NCBI GenBank assembly: GCA_973851085.1
Contig: OZ316776.1
Span: forward strand, 9,114,001-9,178,000
Source: Ptychomitrium polyphyllum
Taxonomy: Eukaryota
Direction: 5' to 3'
DNA: 64,000 bases
Shown: positions 1 to 11,770 of the stretch, in pieces
Numbering within the stretch: position 1 is the first letter of the stretch
Layout: each line of letters starts with the position of its first letter
Notes under the pieces: model-generated
What the model saw: the letters and a program-made list of their open reading frames with translations, nothing else
Databases searched by the model: none
What the model was told of the DNA's origin: nothing
Translations under genes and position numbers: made by a program

Positions 1-215
1 AATATATATTGTAAAAAAAATATTGATTAAACTTTGGAAAGATGCATGGAGAATGTTTGAATTGGTTTATAGATGTTGTATTTTGAAAACACAATGATGA
101 TTAATTTAACTTATCTTAAAAGTTAATTTTGATTAGGTGTATACATGATTTTCTTTATAAATGGTTGTAAAAAATAAAAACAAGTAAACTAGAAAACACC
201 ATTTCAAATTTTATG

Positions 216-241
216 TATATATATATATATATATATATATA
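216..241. repeat. (TA)n microsatellite
   Basis: Run of alternating TA in AT-rich DNA. Confidence 0.9.
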
Positions 242-2786
242 GAAAATGAATACTAACCATATGATAATGGCTTAAACATTTATAAGGCATATAAAAGAAT
301 TTTTTTGTTACAAAATTTCCAATTAACATATTACATGATTTTTTCAAAAGTCCAAAATATTATTTTCAATACTTTGTAATAAAGAAACAATCACTTTGAA
401 TTAAACTTAAAAGATATATGTATAAGCAATACTCAATTTTAAAACAAACATCCTTTTTTGCACTTGGGCATTTAAAATATTTGATAGAAAAATTTGGTAG
501 ATAAATTTGGTTCTGACTATTTGAAATATGTATTTCTAATTTTTTTAAAATTTGTACTTAAGCCTAATCAGAAAATGAGTCTCTACTTCCATTCCCCATT
601 TCTTCATAAAATGAAATCATCATTATAAGCAAACCCACATACATATGTACCAAAGCTAACTCACAACATACATCAATCCATTCCAAGTGGCAATAGAGGG
701 CATATTAACAAGGAATTGTATTCACAGTGACCATTTTCTTCAACTTAAGCAAATGCTAACATACGCCTAGGCACATGCATATAAAACTTTGATGCAATTT
801 GTTACATGAAACTTTGAACTTGGGGAGGAAGGATTAATAACCATTTGATAGCGAATTTTACACTAAGAATATTTAAATATCATTGTTTTTCATAGTTTTG
901 CCTACAATAAAGTTTGGCATAATTCACTACTAAGGTTTTGTGCATCAATTGAATAAGCTGGTGGTGGAAAGCCGGTTTAGAGCACCATTGTTACAACAAA
1001 CTTCATCAACATATTTGTGCCCTGTGTTTGGATCTAGCTTCTGTACTGACCTACCTAAATACAACAATTTTTGTCCATCCCAAGCATACAATCTTTGTCC
1101 ATCCCAAGCATGCAGAGCTTTCTGCATAACCCCATGAAGAAAACTTAGTAACTTTGCAAAAACCACTTGGTTAGATGAATGTCACGTGCTAAGTTTTCAA
1201 TATTTCATGTGAGTTTTTGCAAAATTACTGATTGTGCCAACAGCTTCCTGTGTAGTATCACTCAAGTTATCAACTGAGCACCGACTGATACCAACGCAGC
1301 ATCAACCGGGCATCATCCAGGTATCATTTGAGGAGTGCAACTATGGTATGGTAACCTATCTCTGCGGAGGTAAGCGCGGGGCTGGCGGGCAGGGGCACAG
1401 AACTTTATTCATAGCTGAATTTCTTTTCAGAATCCGGTAGACGGATGAGGTTTCTTAACGAGTAAAATTTGGTATTTTTCATTCCGGGATGACCATTGTT
1501 GAGTAAATTGAAGCAATGCAGAGAGGGGTGCACAAGGTGCGTAGCACATTGCGCTCTTCTTGCGCAACTTGAAACTGCCGTATAAATTAGCCTCGATCCT
1601 GCTTGATAACTATCATCATCTCAGTCCCAGTATGTCTTCAATCACCGGCACATGCAAGCTCTCCCAGCTTCGCAATTCAAACCAGAGAGTTCAAGAGTCT
1701 CATGTGTGCACATTAGCCATGCCATCACTAGAGCTGCTGAAAATTCTCGTTATGGATGCCCGGCTTGATCGACAAGTGCTGAAGACATGAGGTCTGCAGG
1801 ATTGTCTGTATGATAAGAATCTCGAGATTTTCACTTGACAGCTCTCGGTAACCAGGCCACTGGCTTAGGCCATCTATGACTCTGCAGATCGAGAAGGACA
1901 TATCAACAAGCTCGAATGCGGCATATGATGCGAATAATTGCACGTCACACTCACCCACACATGTTCCGGTGGAGTTCAACAACCAAACAAAAAACTAAGA
2001 CTCCAATTGCTGCAAAGAGTAATGACATACCGAAATTGAACATAGCAACCTGAAGCAATGCAAAGAATTACCTTTCACTGAACTGTGAAACATGCTATGA
2101 CATGAGAATGAAGAATTAGAGAAATGGAAAGTCAAAGGACCACGAAGGATTATGCATATCCATGCATTCGATTACCTACTCATACACGTGCATTCAATTA
2201 CCTACTCATACACGTACATTCGATACTGCAAGAGGGTCGCAGCTGAGTCGTCAGTCAAGATTATTCTAAAAATTACTCATTGATTCCATCAGATCTACAG
2301 CTGCATATCTGTGATCTTAAAAAAAAGCCTCCTCAGAATACAACGCAACCTTATCCAACTCTCGTCAATGCCATCTCAACACCACACAATGCAAAAAACT
2401 CTCACAACTCAATTTTCTACACGCAACACACTTCACTCCAAACCTCAAGCCCTGGTCCACTCTAAACAACGCCAAACTCCACCTCCACTACATCAAAACT
2501 CCCGCAAACTTCAAGACTCAACCACTAACCACAAAGCAAACACCGTCAATCCAAAGCAGAACCTCTCACAGCTCCCCTTCGTCACCCTTCACTCACCACA
2601 ACCACGCCGCAGACGCAAAAAACGCAACAAGCAGTCAAATAAAAACACCACAACATGCCACCCTCACCAAAAAAAAAGTCCAGGCAAGGCCCTTTGGAAG
2701 CGGCGATCATCCGCCATGCCGCACCAGAAACGAAACGATAAAGCTCCGCAATAGCGGACCACAGTGAACAAATGACCCTCCCACTG

Positions 2787-2802
2787 AAACCCTAAACCCT
2801 AA
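2787..2802. promoter_or_regulatory. Double telo-box AAACCCTAAACCCTAA; a further copy (TTAGGGTTT) at 3062-3070
   Basis: Exact plant telo-box motif near the predicted 5' end of the YIP4-like gene. Telo-boxes are known elements of plant promoters and 5'UTRs. Confidence 0.55.
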
Positions 2803-3339
2803 GAACACGAGACGAGCTTAACCTGCCCGCGATCCTGCCCGTGATCCTGCCCGAGAGAATTTTTCGTGATGTGCAATGTTAGATGCTGCGCAAGGTTACG
2901 AGCCTCTACCATATTGCAGTGAACACTCCCTCACTCCTTGTGTTCCCAAGCTCAATGAATCTATGGAAGCTGAGTCTGTTGTCAACCGCAACTCCGCCGA
3001 AACTTTCTTGTGGATCCCTCTGATTTCTATTTGCTTCTGGTAGGGAAGGCATGGATACACATTAGGGTTTAGAGGACCTAAGTGAAGCAAGGGTGGAGGC
3101 GAGGGAGGGAGGGAGGAGGTAAGCTCTCGCACTGAGGTGAGCTTTCTAGGGTTCAGTTGTTCTTGCAGTGAACAATCGGTAATCTGTTTTGTATGAGAAC
3201 ACAACTGAGAATGCAAGTGGTAGGATGTGATCGTCTTATCCATCCACTCGGTGTTATTGCAGGCGTTGATGGATTAATCCCTAGCATCCGAGTTCCGGAT
3301 TGCATCGGAGGCCGTTGTGCCTGACAACGTTTGGACAAG

Positions 3340-4514
3340 ATGAACACGTCTTCGCAATCGGATATTGACGAGATCGAGAGCTTGTTCCACATCAGTGTAC
3401 AGCCGGCAGCTTCGGAGGTGCCACAGGCAGTTGCTCCTGCTCGGAAGCCATCAAGTCCTCCGACGATTCCTGTATCTGCGCCTCTGTTGCCTCCTTCCTC
3501 TGTTTCGAGCAGCAGCCAGGGATTTTCCGCGCCAGCACCAGCCGGGCCGCCACTTTCCTCAGGTGTGTTGGTTAGGCCTTATCTTGCATGATTGCATTTG
3601 AGATGGTTGTCGTTGGATTTACTCTCCCTTGATTCTTTGGAATGTGTAGAGATATGGCGATAAGCTTACAATGATCATTTGAAGATCTTGACAGTACACT
3701 TCTAGTCACTTCGTATGTGGTCTTTATTGAGGACTTATGTGATGAATATGTTACTGAGTTTTGTATCATACTTATCCTCATGGTTACGATGGCCGCACAA
3801 TTGTTTCTGACATAATTATGTCGTCGTTCGTTCATCTTTAGGAGCTTCTGTTCGGGCTTCTGTAGTGGGGATGTAGCAAACTATGACGATCTTTGCAGGA
3901 TGGTTATGGAGCTCCACAGACTGCATTGGTTTTGATATTTTGGGATTTGGTGTGCAGGTTTTGGTGATGGTCCACAGTACAACACTCTGACAGAGCCAGT
4001 GTGGGAAACACTGAAGAGAGATTTGATGCGTGTGGCGAACAATCTGAAGGATGTTGTGCTGCCGAACCCGTTCCGTGAGGACCCTGGCAAGGCATTGAGG
4101 GATTGGGATCTATGGGGCCCTTTCTTCTTCATTATATTTCTAGTATTGACGCTGTCGTATTCAGCGACTGAGAACAAGTCGAAGGTATTCGCCGTAGTAT
4201 TTGCGACACTTTCAGCGGGAGCGGTAGTGTTGACGCTGAACGTTCAACTGCTGGGTGGTAGCATCATCTTCTTCCAGAGCTTGAGTGTGTTAGGCTACTG
4301 TCTGTTTCCGCTGGACGTGAGTGCGCTGGTGTGTCAAGTGAACAGCACGAAGTTGTTCCGGAGCCTAGTGGTGGCGGTCGCTTTAGCGTGGTGTTCGTGG
4401 GCTGCATATCCTTTCGTCAGTACAGCAGTACCGTCAAGTCGGAAGGCTCTGGCAGTGTATCCGGTCCTTCTGCTGTACATCACAGTGGGGTTTTTGGTGC
4501 TGGCAAACGATTAG
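3340..4514 (+). CDS. YIP4: Yip1-domain Golgi/TGN membrane protein (YIP4/YIPF6-like), 2 coding exons
   Basis: Exons 3340-3562 and 3958-4514 (GT..AG, phase 1, frame consistent). Motifs [60 protein letters not shown]. Probable 5'UTR intron ~3119-3262. Confidence 0.93.
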
Positions 4515-6415
4515 AAGGCGCAAGTTTTGCCCGTGAATTTCTCGTTTTGCACATAACCTGGGTATATCAATATAGAGCTGGGACGTTTAGTTGCCTATTC
4601 ATTAGCACACATTTTGTTTGTGTTCTGCTCGCAGGTTAGGTAGATTCTGTGAATTACGACTTCATATTTTTGTTTCTAAGCTAATACACCAATTTGTAAT
4701 CAATGAACTGTTCCAATATGCCCATCGTGATGTTTACCTCGTCAGTCTTAGGCTTATTTTCAATTTCTAGAGTGCAACAATTTAGTGAGTCGCCTTTGAC
4801 AGGACTTTCATCATTGGGCTTCCACAGTAAAGTTGAACTCTATTCAACTGTGAACCATAATACTTCTATGAAGTCTTGCCAGCGTGGCCAAACAATACTT
4901 GGGAAGAGTAAGCAACTGTTTTACAGAAACAGTCAGGCTACAGCATTTTTGTTAGCTCTTACGATTTAAAACATTCGGATGTTTGAGCTTAAACGACCCT
5001 GCAAATATCATGCTTCTCCGGTGACATCACTAAACAATCTTAGACATTATCAGAAATCAAAAAGTTAACACAAACAGTTATCACACAAAAAGTACACCCA
5101 CACTAAAAACTCTTTCTGCTTCAAGATCCCGACACCCGCCCACAGGAAATCGCATACACAGATACGAAACTAGCCAGATATCGTGAAACTTCCTCAATCA
5201 CAACCTCAAAAGACCAACTTGAAGACGACGCCAACTAGACTAAGTAATCGACCAGAGTATAAACTCCGCTTTAAACGCCAGAAAGATGTCTCCAGTACAC
5301 CAAATTATCCGACATCACCGATAAAACGAAAAGCACAACAAAACCAATCTTTCAGAACAACGTACAGTACAAAACTCCCTAACTACAAATCCAGCGAGCT
5401 GGCCCGAATCACATGGCAGGCAAGCTTGCAGCGAGGTGGTCGGCAGGGTTCACAACATTGCCTCCAGCACTAACCTCCAGTAAACCGGGGGAAACTAACG
5501 GGGAACTCGACCATGAAGTATGTGTGCTGTAGGAGGGCGTGGGCAGTGCTGTCATGGATTTGAGGTGCCATGGGGGGCAGGGGGAGGAAAGCTGCGATGC
5601 TACAGTCCAGTGAGTTGCACAGGCCCGGACAGAACGTCTCAAACGGGGCCCAGGTCTAGTGATCGGCTGAGCCTGGACGTGATTACTTGCGTGAGGGCTC
5701 GGGAAAAGTGGGGTGATGATTGCCTGGCTGTGGCCACTGCCGCCCCCTTTGATTTCCTTCCAGGCCCACGCTGGCTAAGTTAAGTGCAGCTGTGTTGTTA
5801 GTGAGTGAAGGAGGAGGTGGGACTCGGTTGGAGTCCCAGCCGGGAATAAAAGGGAAGGCAGCAAGCACAGGTGCGGGAATCATCTGGAGCATCTCACTGG
5901 CTGTAAGTTCCAACTGCCTCTAATGGTCCGGGGCCCCCCCCGGGCTCGAAAGAAACTTGGGCCGGCCAAAAAGCGCACTCATTCGTCTACACTACACTAC
6001 CTTACGAAGCGAGCTGCCAGGCCAGGGAGCACGCAGGGCGAGGCAGAGCCGAGGCTGTGAGGCTGTAAGCTGTGTGTGGCTATCCCGCCTGCCCCCTTCC
6101 CAGCCACAGAACAGAGCCCCCGTACAGGATAGTGCGTGGCCCCGCGCGCGCTGCCACTGGCGGGGAGCCCCGAGCATCCGACGTGGCGGCCACGCTGGGC
6201 CAATGGCGAGGCGCGGGGCGGGAGCGCTGGGCCCTGCCCGCGTCCTGGCGGGCACGCGGGGCTGTGCAATTTTTTTTGGGTGGGTTCGGGGCGTGACCGG
6301 GGGCCGCTGTACAGATAGAACTGCGCTGCTGCGCGAGGCTCAGAGTCCATTCACTCTCCCTCGCTCCGTTGTCGTGGGATCCCAGCTCTCGCGCGTCGCT
6401 CCCAATTCGTCCGCC

Positions 6416-8737
6416 ATGGCCGCCGTCGCGATGTCCTCCGGCGCCGCGCTCAAGCAGGCAGCGAGCCTCAAGTCGGACTTCTGCGGCAATGTCCTCAAGC
6501 AGCACACCGCAGCTGCCCGCCACCACAATGTGGCCTTCGCTGTCCGCGCTGCGGGCTACACCGAGGAGCTCATCGCCACCGCGGTACGTGTCCCCCACAC
6601 GCTGCCTCTCTGTGTTTGGCGTTGTTCTCGAGTTCGTGGCTGTGTCGGATTCGAAAGCGCGGAGTGGCGCATTAGAGGTATTAGCGTCTCAGCGAGTTTC
6701 GAAATGCTAGTGACGCAGAGTCTATTCCTTGTTCGGTTGTTGGCTGTCGTCGATGCGCGTCGGCAATGCGTCCCGTGACTGGAGTGGAGGTGTCTTCGAC
6801 CCCTCAATGTGGGAGTCGCGAGCACATTTGAGATCCCTGAGAGATTTTTCCGGCCTGTTGGATGTAGATACGTGCGAGGCACCCTTAGGTTGGTTTGAAT
6901 TGACCCTATTTGGTTTCTGGGAGCCTAGATGGCCAGTCGTGATTGTGTGGACGGGGAATTGGGGAACGGAAGTGCGCTAATGCCGTGTCCGCCATGTACC
7001 ACGGATGGATGGTCGTAGTAGCGACCTGTGTAGACAGAATGCTGGCCGAGGCAGCGCGGGACGAAGAGGAGCCTTGCTTTTTGAACATTGCTGCGCAGTG
7101 GACACTAACGAAGGATGTGGGAGGGGCCTCTGTATGGCCAACTCCATCTATGGCTGGTCTGCTCATGGCCCCAGAGAGCTGGCGGAGGAGGCTACAGGTG
7201 TCTCAGCGAATAGTTTGTTGACGTGCACTTTGTGGCTTTGCAGAACAAGGTCGCTACCAAGGGCCGCGGCATCATGGCCATGGACGAGTCCAATGCCACA
7301 TGCGGCCTGCGGCTGGCCTCCATTGGCCTCGACAACACCGAAACCAACCGTCAGGCGTACAGGCAGCTTCTGGTGAGCACCCCAGGGCTGGGCGAGTACA
7401 TCTCCGGAGCCATCCTGTTCGAGGAGACTCTCTACCAGGACACCAGCGATGGCAAGAAGATGATCGACGTGTTGGCCGAGAATGGAATTATTCCCGGCAT
7501 CAAGGTCGACAAGGTACGGAAATTTCCCTCCAGGCTCCCACAGTTTTGTCATCGTTTCAGCTGCGTTGGCTGCTCGAGATCGAGTATCTACTGACTGGCT
7601 GGCGCCATGGTTTGCAGGGTCTTGTGCCATTGACCGGATCCAACAATGAGTCGTGGTGCCAGGGACTTGACGGTTTGGCCTCCAGGACTGCTGCTTACTA
7701 CAAGCAGGGGGCTAGGTTCGCCAAGTGGTGAGTGTCCGGGAGCATGTGATTGCGTTATTTCCTTGTGAGTTGTGTACTTGCAAGCCGAGGGAGGGAGGGG
7801 GTTGCGTTGTTTTGCGCTTCTGTCTGATACACGTGGTTGGTTGAACAGGAGGACAGTGATCAGCATCCCCAACGGACCTACCGAGTTGGCCATCACTGAG
7901 GCTGCATGGGGTCTGGCCCGCTACGCTTCCATCTGCCAGGACAACGGTTTGGTGCCAATTGTGGAGCCCGAGATTCTGTTGGACGGAGAGCACGGCATTG
8001 ACAGGACCCTGGAAGTGGCCTCCAGGGTGTGGTCGAGGGTGTTCTACTTTTTGGCTGAGAACAACGTCGTGTTCGAGGGTATCTTGTTGAAGCCCAGCAT
8101 GGTGACCCCCGGAGCAGGGTGCCCCGAGAGGGCCACACCCGAGAAGGTAGCTGAGTACACCTTGAACATGTTGAAGAGGCGTGTGCCACCATCCGTTCCC
8201 GGAATCATGGTACGTGTTTGGGAGCCATCACGTCAATTTTCAGGGCTGTCCATGCATATACTAGGTACCTTACATTTGAGGGGTTCGTAGGAGCCTGTGA
8301 TGGGGAATGACGAAGTGGAGTGATGTGAAAGTTGACGTTTTCTGCTCCGTGATATGGAGGCGACGAATGTGATACGAGTATGTTGCAGCACTAACGATGG
8401 ATTGTGCAGTCATGGATGGTTTCACTAGCTGACCTAAGAGAGCGTTTGGTTTGTGCAGTTCTTATCAGGAGGCCAATCCGAGGTGGAGGCGACCTTGAAC
8501 CTGAACGCAATGAACCAGAGCCCCAACCCGTGGCACGTGTCGTTCTCGTACGCCCGTGCTCTGCAAAACTCCGTGCTGAAGACATGGAAGGGTCAACCAG
8601 AGAACGTCGAGGCGGCCCAGAAGGCTTTGCTGGTCCGTGCCAAGGCCAATTCTTTGGCACAGATCGGAAAGTACTCCGAGGAGGGTGAAGCCGAGGAGGC
8701 CAAGCAGGGCATGTTCGTCAGTGGCTACACCTACTAG
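6416..8737 (+). CDS. FBA: Plastid class I fructose-bisphosphate aldolase, 5 exons, ~395 aa with transit peptide
   Basis: Exons 6416-6583, 7244-7513, 7618-7727, 7849-8209 and 8459-8737 total 1188 nt. Motifs [69 protein letters not shown] and a C-terminal Y. Ala-rich N-terminus. Confidence 0.97.
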
Positions 8738-9077
8738 AGAACCATCTGTTGACGTTGGCCTCTGAACCACTGCTGTTCGGGGCCACGCTGATTGTAGATT
8801 ATAAAACTTTAGGTGTATCTGAGGACAAGTTATAGGAGGTGTGTTAGTTTGGCCGAGTAAGGGCTTGTGTTGTAATAGAACAAATCATCTGCGCTTTCAG
8901 AGAATAAAGCTACTCACTCTGTGAAATTATTCAGACCCGTGCATCCGGTTCGATTTTCCTTGATTGTTCTTGAATTGTATGTCCATATTGGCAGCTGGGA
9001 TAGCGCACACTAAACGCGGACTTGCCATGTCAACCCCAAAGGTCCGATGCGACCGTTCACTGCGCAAACCATTGTTC

Positions 9078-9461
9078 GTCCTGTGTACCACCGATCCAGC
9101 TTATTACTCCTTTGATGGGCTTTGTATACATGAGTTGACTTTTAGAGTAATGTGTTAGTTGAGATTGCCTAGAGCGAGATTTTTTTCAGGTTTCATTTCT
9201 TGTGCAACCGTGAGTGCTAAAACCCAGATGGAGGTCTTTGAGACACTATTCCCCTTTGACGATGTTATGTCCTTACGATTGGAGCGTTTATTCATGAAGC
9301 ATCAGGTGTCCAATCCCTGAACTACTCTCAACCGAGTGAACCGCCGGGCTCCATTGGAACGCTCTAAACAACCTATATAAATTCCTCACACAAAACAACG
9401 GTACGCGATGCAAAAATAGCCCATCAAAGGAGTAATAAGCTGGATCGGTGGTACACAGGAC
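9078..9461. repeat. Perfect 44-bp inverted repeat (9078-9121 / 9418-9461) abutting an assembly gap
   Basis: gtcctgtgtaccaccgatccagcttattactcctttgatgggct and its exact reverse complement. The right arm runs into the N gap. Confidence 0.9.
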
Positions 9462-9661
9462 NNNNNNNNNNNNNNNNNNNNNNNNNNNNNNNNNNNNNNN
9501 NNNNNNNNNNNNNNNNNNNNNNNNNNNNNNNNNNNNNNNNNNNNNNNNNNNNNNNNNNNNNNNNNNNNNNNNNNNNNNNNNNNNNNNNNNNNNNNNNNNN
9601 NNNNNNNNNNNNNNNNNNNNNNNNNNNNNNNNNNNNNNNNNNNNNNNNNNNNNNNNNNNNN
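9462..9661. other. Assembly gap (200 N)
   Basis: Run of N. Confidence 1.
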
Positions 9662-11770
9662 GTGAATGAGGTATGGTACACTTCCATTGAAATAACAAGG
9701 GATTTTTTTGAATATTGCACATGCATTACTTGGAAAATCAAAAGATGTGGCCATCCGTTTGTGGAAATCTCATGGATGAGGTGTTACATTGGACGTGCAG
9801 AGCCTATTGAGAAGCCATTGATTATAGTAGATGGATATAGAAACTTAAAGAGGCACAACCATTTGAGGGATATGGAGAGTAGGGTTGTTATTAAAGATAG
9901 GCAAAGAAATGGTGTTTGGAGACGTGTATGGATGCCCGAATCTTTGTCATTACTTGAAGATGACGAGGCATGTTTGTTGGTCATATTTATCAATTAAATG
10001 TTAGGAGAAAAATTTACAAGGACTAGTAAAGCATTAAACATATTCATATTGAATGCAGTTGAGAGTGGTGGAACATGGCAATATTATATGATGGTGTGCA
10101 AATTATGTTCATGTGAAATAATGGAGAACATACCTTGCAATTTGTATAATGTGTAATGTTTGACGGTGAAGTACTTATACTTCATAAGTTATTTGCAAGC
10201 CTTGCCATATTTTCTTGAAATGATGGTTGTCTATAAGAATGACAATGTTGAGTATAATAAGGGTGAAGATGAGAATGATGGAGTTGAAGATACTTTGAAT
10301 GTTGTACACAATAAAAATTGCGCATATTGATATGTAAGCAGATTATGAACGTGACGTTTAGGATTGCAAAATCTTTGGACTGGTTTTATTAGCACAAAAT
10401 AAGGGCTTAAAGGTGATAATGTTAACCTCACAATACCTCGCCATAATAACTTAGTGATTATGAGTTTGAGAGGTTTTAAAGTCCATAAAATGCCGCAATC
10501 TTTTGAAAACTTAAACAAATTGGAAGTACTAAATTTAAATTCTTGTAAAGAGTTCAAGGTGCTACCTGATTTTTTTGGTGGTCTAAGAAGTTTAAAAGAG
10601 CTTGGTCTTACAAGTTCTGGAATGGGAAGTTTGTTGGAGTCTTTTGGTGAGCTCACCAATTTGAAGAAGTTGATTCTTTATAATTGTAAAGAATTCAAAA
10701 TGGTGCCTAATTCTTTTGGTGGTCTAAGAAGTTGGAAGTATATGGTCTTTATTCTATTAGAAAGCTGAGAATGTGAATGTTCTTCAAATATTATTCAAAT
10801 TGCTAAAATTTGCAAAATCTTTGCTTTTAGTATCTTAGAATCGATACTTTGTTGGAGCCTTGTCAAGAGCTTGCTATGTGACTTGAGTTGGATCTTAGTT
10901 GAGATACAAAGCTCGAGATGTTGTTCAAATATACTGTGGATATTAAAAATCGAGCGGAACTTTACCTTCATGTTTCTAGAATGAAGATTTTGCCAAAGTG
11001 CACAAGTCACTATCGAGTATCTTTAGGCATTTCATGATTCTTCAAAATCTTCATCTTTACCATTTTGGAATTGAAATTTTTCTAAATTTCCTTTTGCATA
11101 TGAACAACTTGAAAGTGTTAAGGGAGTAAGTATTTTATTCTATTGTAATATTCTTTCTAAGTTTAAATTAACTTGGAGAGTTAATGCTTTAAAGTTGTGG
11201 ATTATAATTCTTGTTGGAGTACTTTGGAGAGTTGAGTAAATTAGATGTTTGGAATATTAATATATGTGAGCTCAACTTAATACCTAATTTGATTTAGGAT
11301 CTTTAAATTTACAGCCATTGCAGTTCAGGTACTGTGGAAATGGAAGCATAGTTATTTCCTTTAAAGATTTGTCCTTGCATATTCATTTGGAAAGTAGAAG
11401 CATTGCAATCTTAGATGTTTAGTAGTATTAGTGAGTTCACCCACATGTTTTGGAGGCTTGAACAACTTCAAGGAATTAAATGTATGGTGTTGTGAGAAGC
11501 TCAATATGCTTCTAGATTTGTGTGGATGTCTTGAGTGTCCAAGGACATTGACAATAGGTGGAAACAGAATGATGAGTTTACCAAAATCTTTTGAAGAGTC
11601 TAAAAATGTGCAAGAGGTGGATCTTCATTGTTGCACCATTGCTAGATTTGTAGAATTGGTTTGCAAGCGGGAGCTTTGGATCATTGCAACATCTGGTGCA
11701 AGGAAATTGTAAAGTGGAGCTACAAATTGACAACTATATGCAGACACAAATTGGAAGAGAAGAGCCACTC
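9662..11770 (+). pseudogene. Degenerate NB-LRR (NLR) resistance gene: NB-ARC C-terminus plus LRRs
   Basis: RHNHLRDMESRVV...WRRVW resembles the MHD(H)LRDM..RxW motif. LRR units MPQSFENLNKLEVLNLNSCKEFKVLPDFFGGLRSLKEL (10454-10768) and SPTCFGGLNNFKELNVWCCEKL (11431-11712). Many stops and frameshifts between them. Confidence 0.8.

Noticed and set aside
5957..6415. N-terminal extension of aldolase from the 273-aa ORF
   Set aside because: The ORF has a non-ATG start in GC-rich promoter/5'UTR. ATG 6416 has good context and begins a typical transit peptide.
9288..9754. ORFs spanning the N gap
   Set aside because: Artefacts of translating through Ns.
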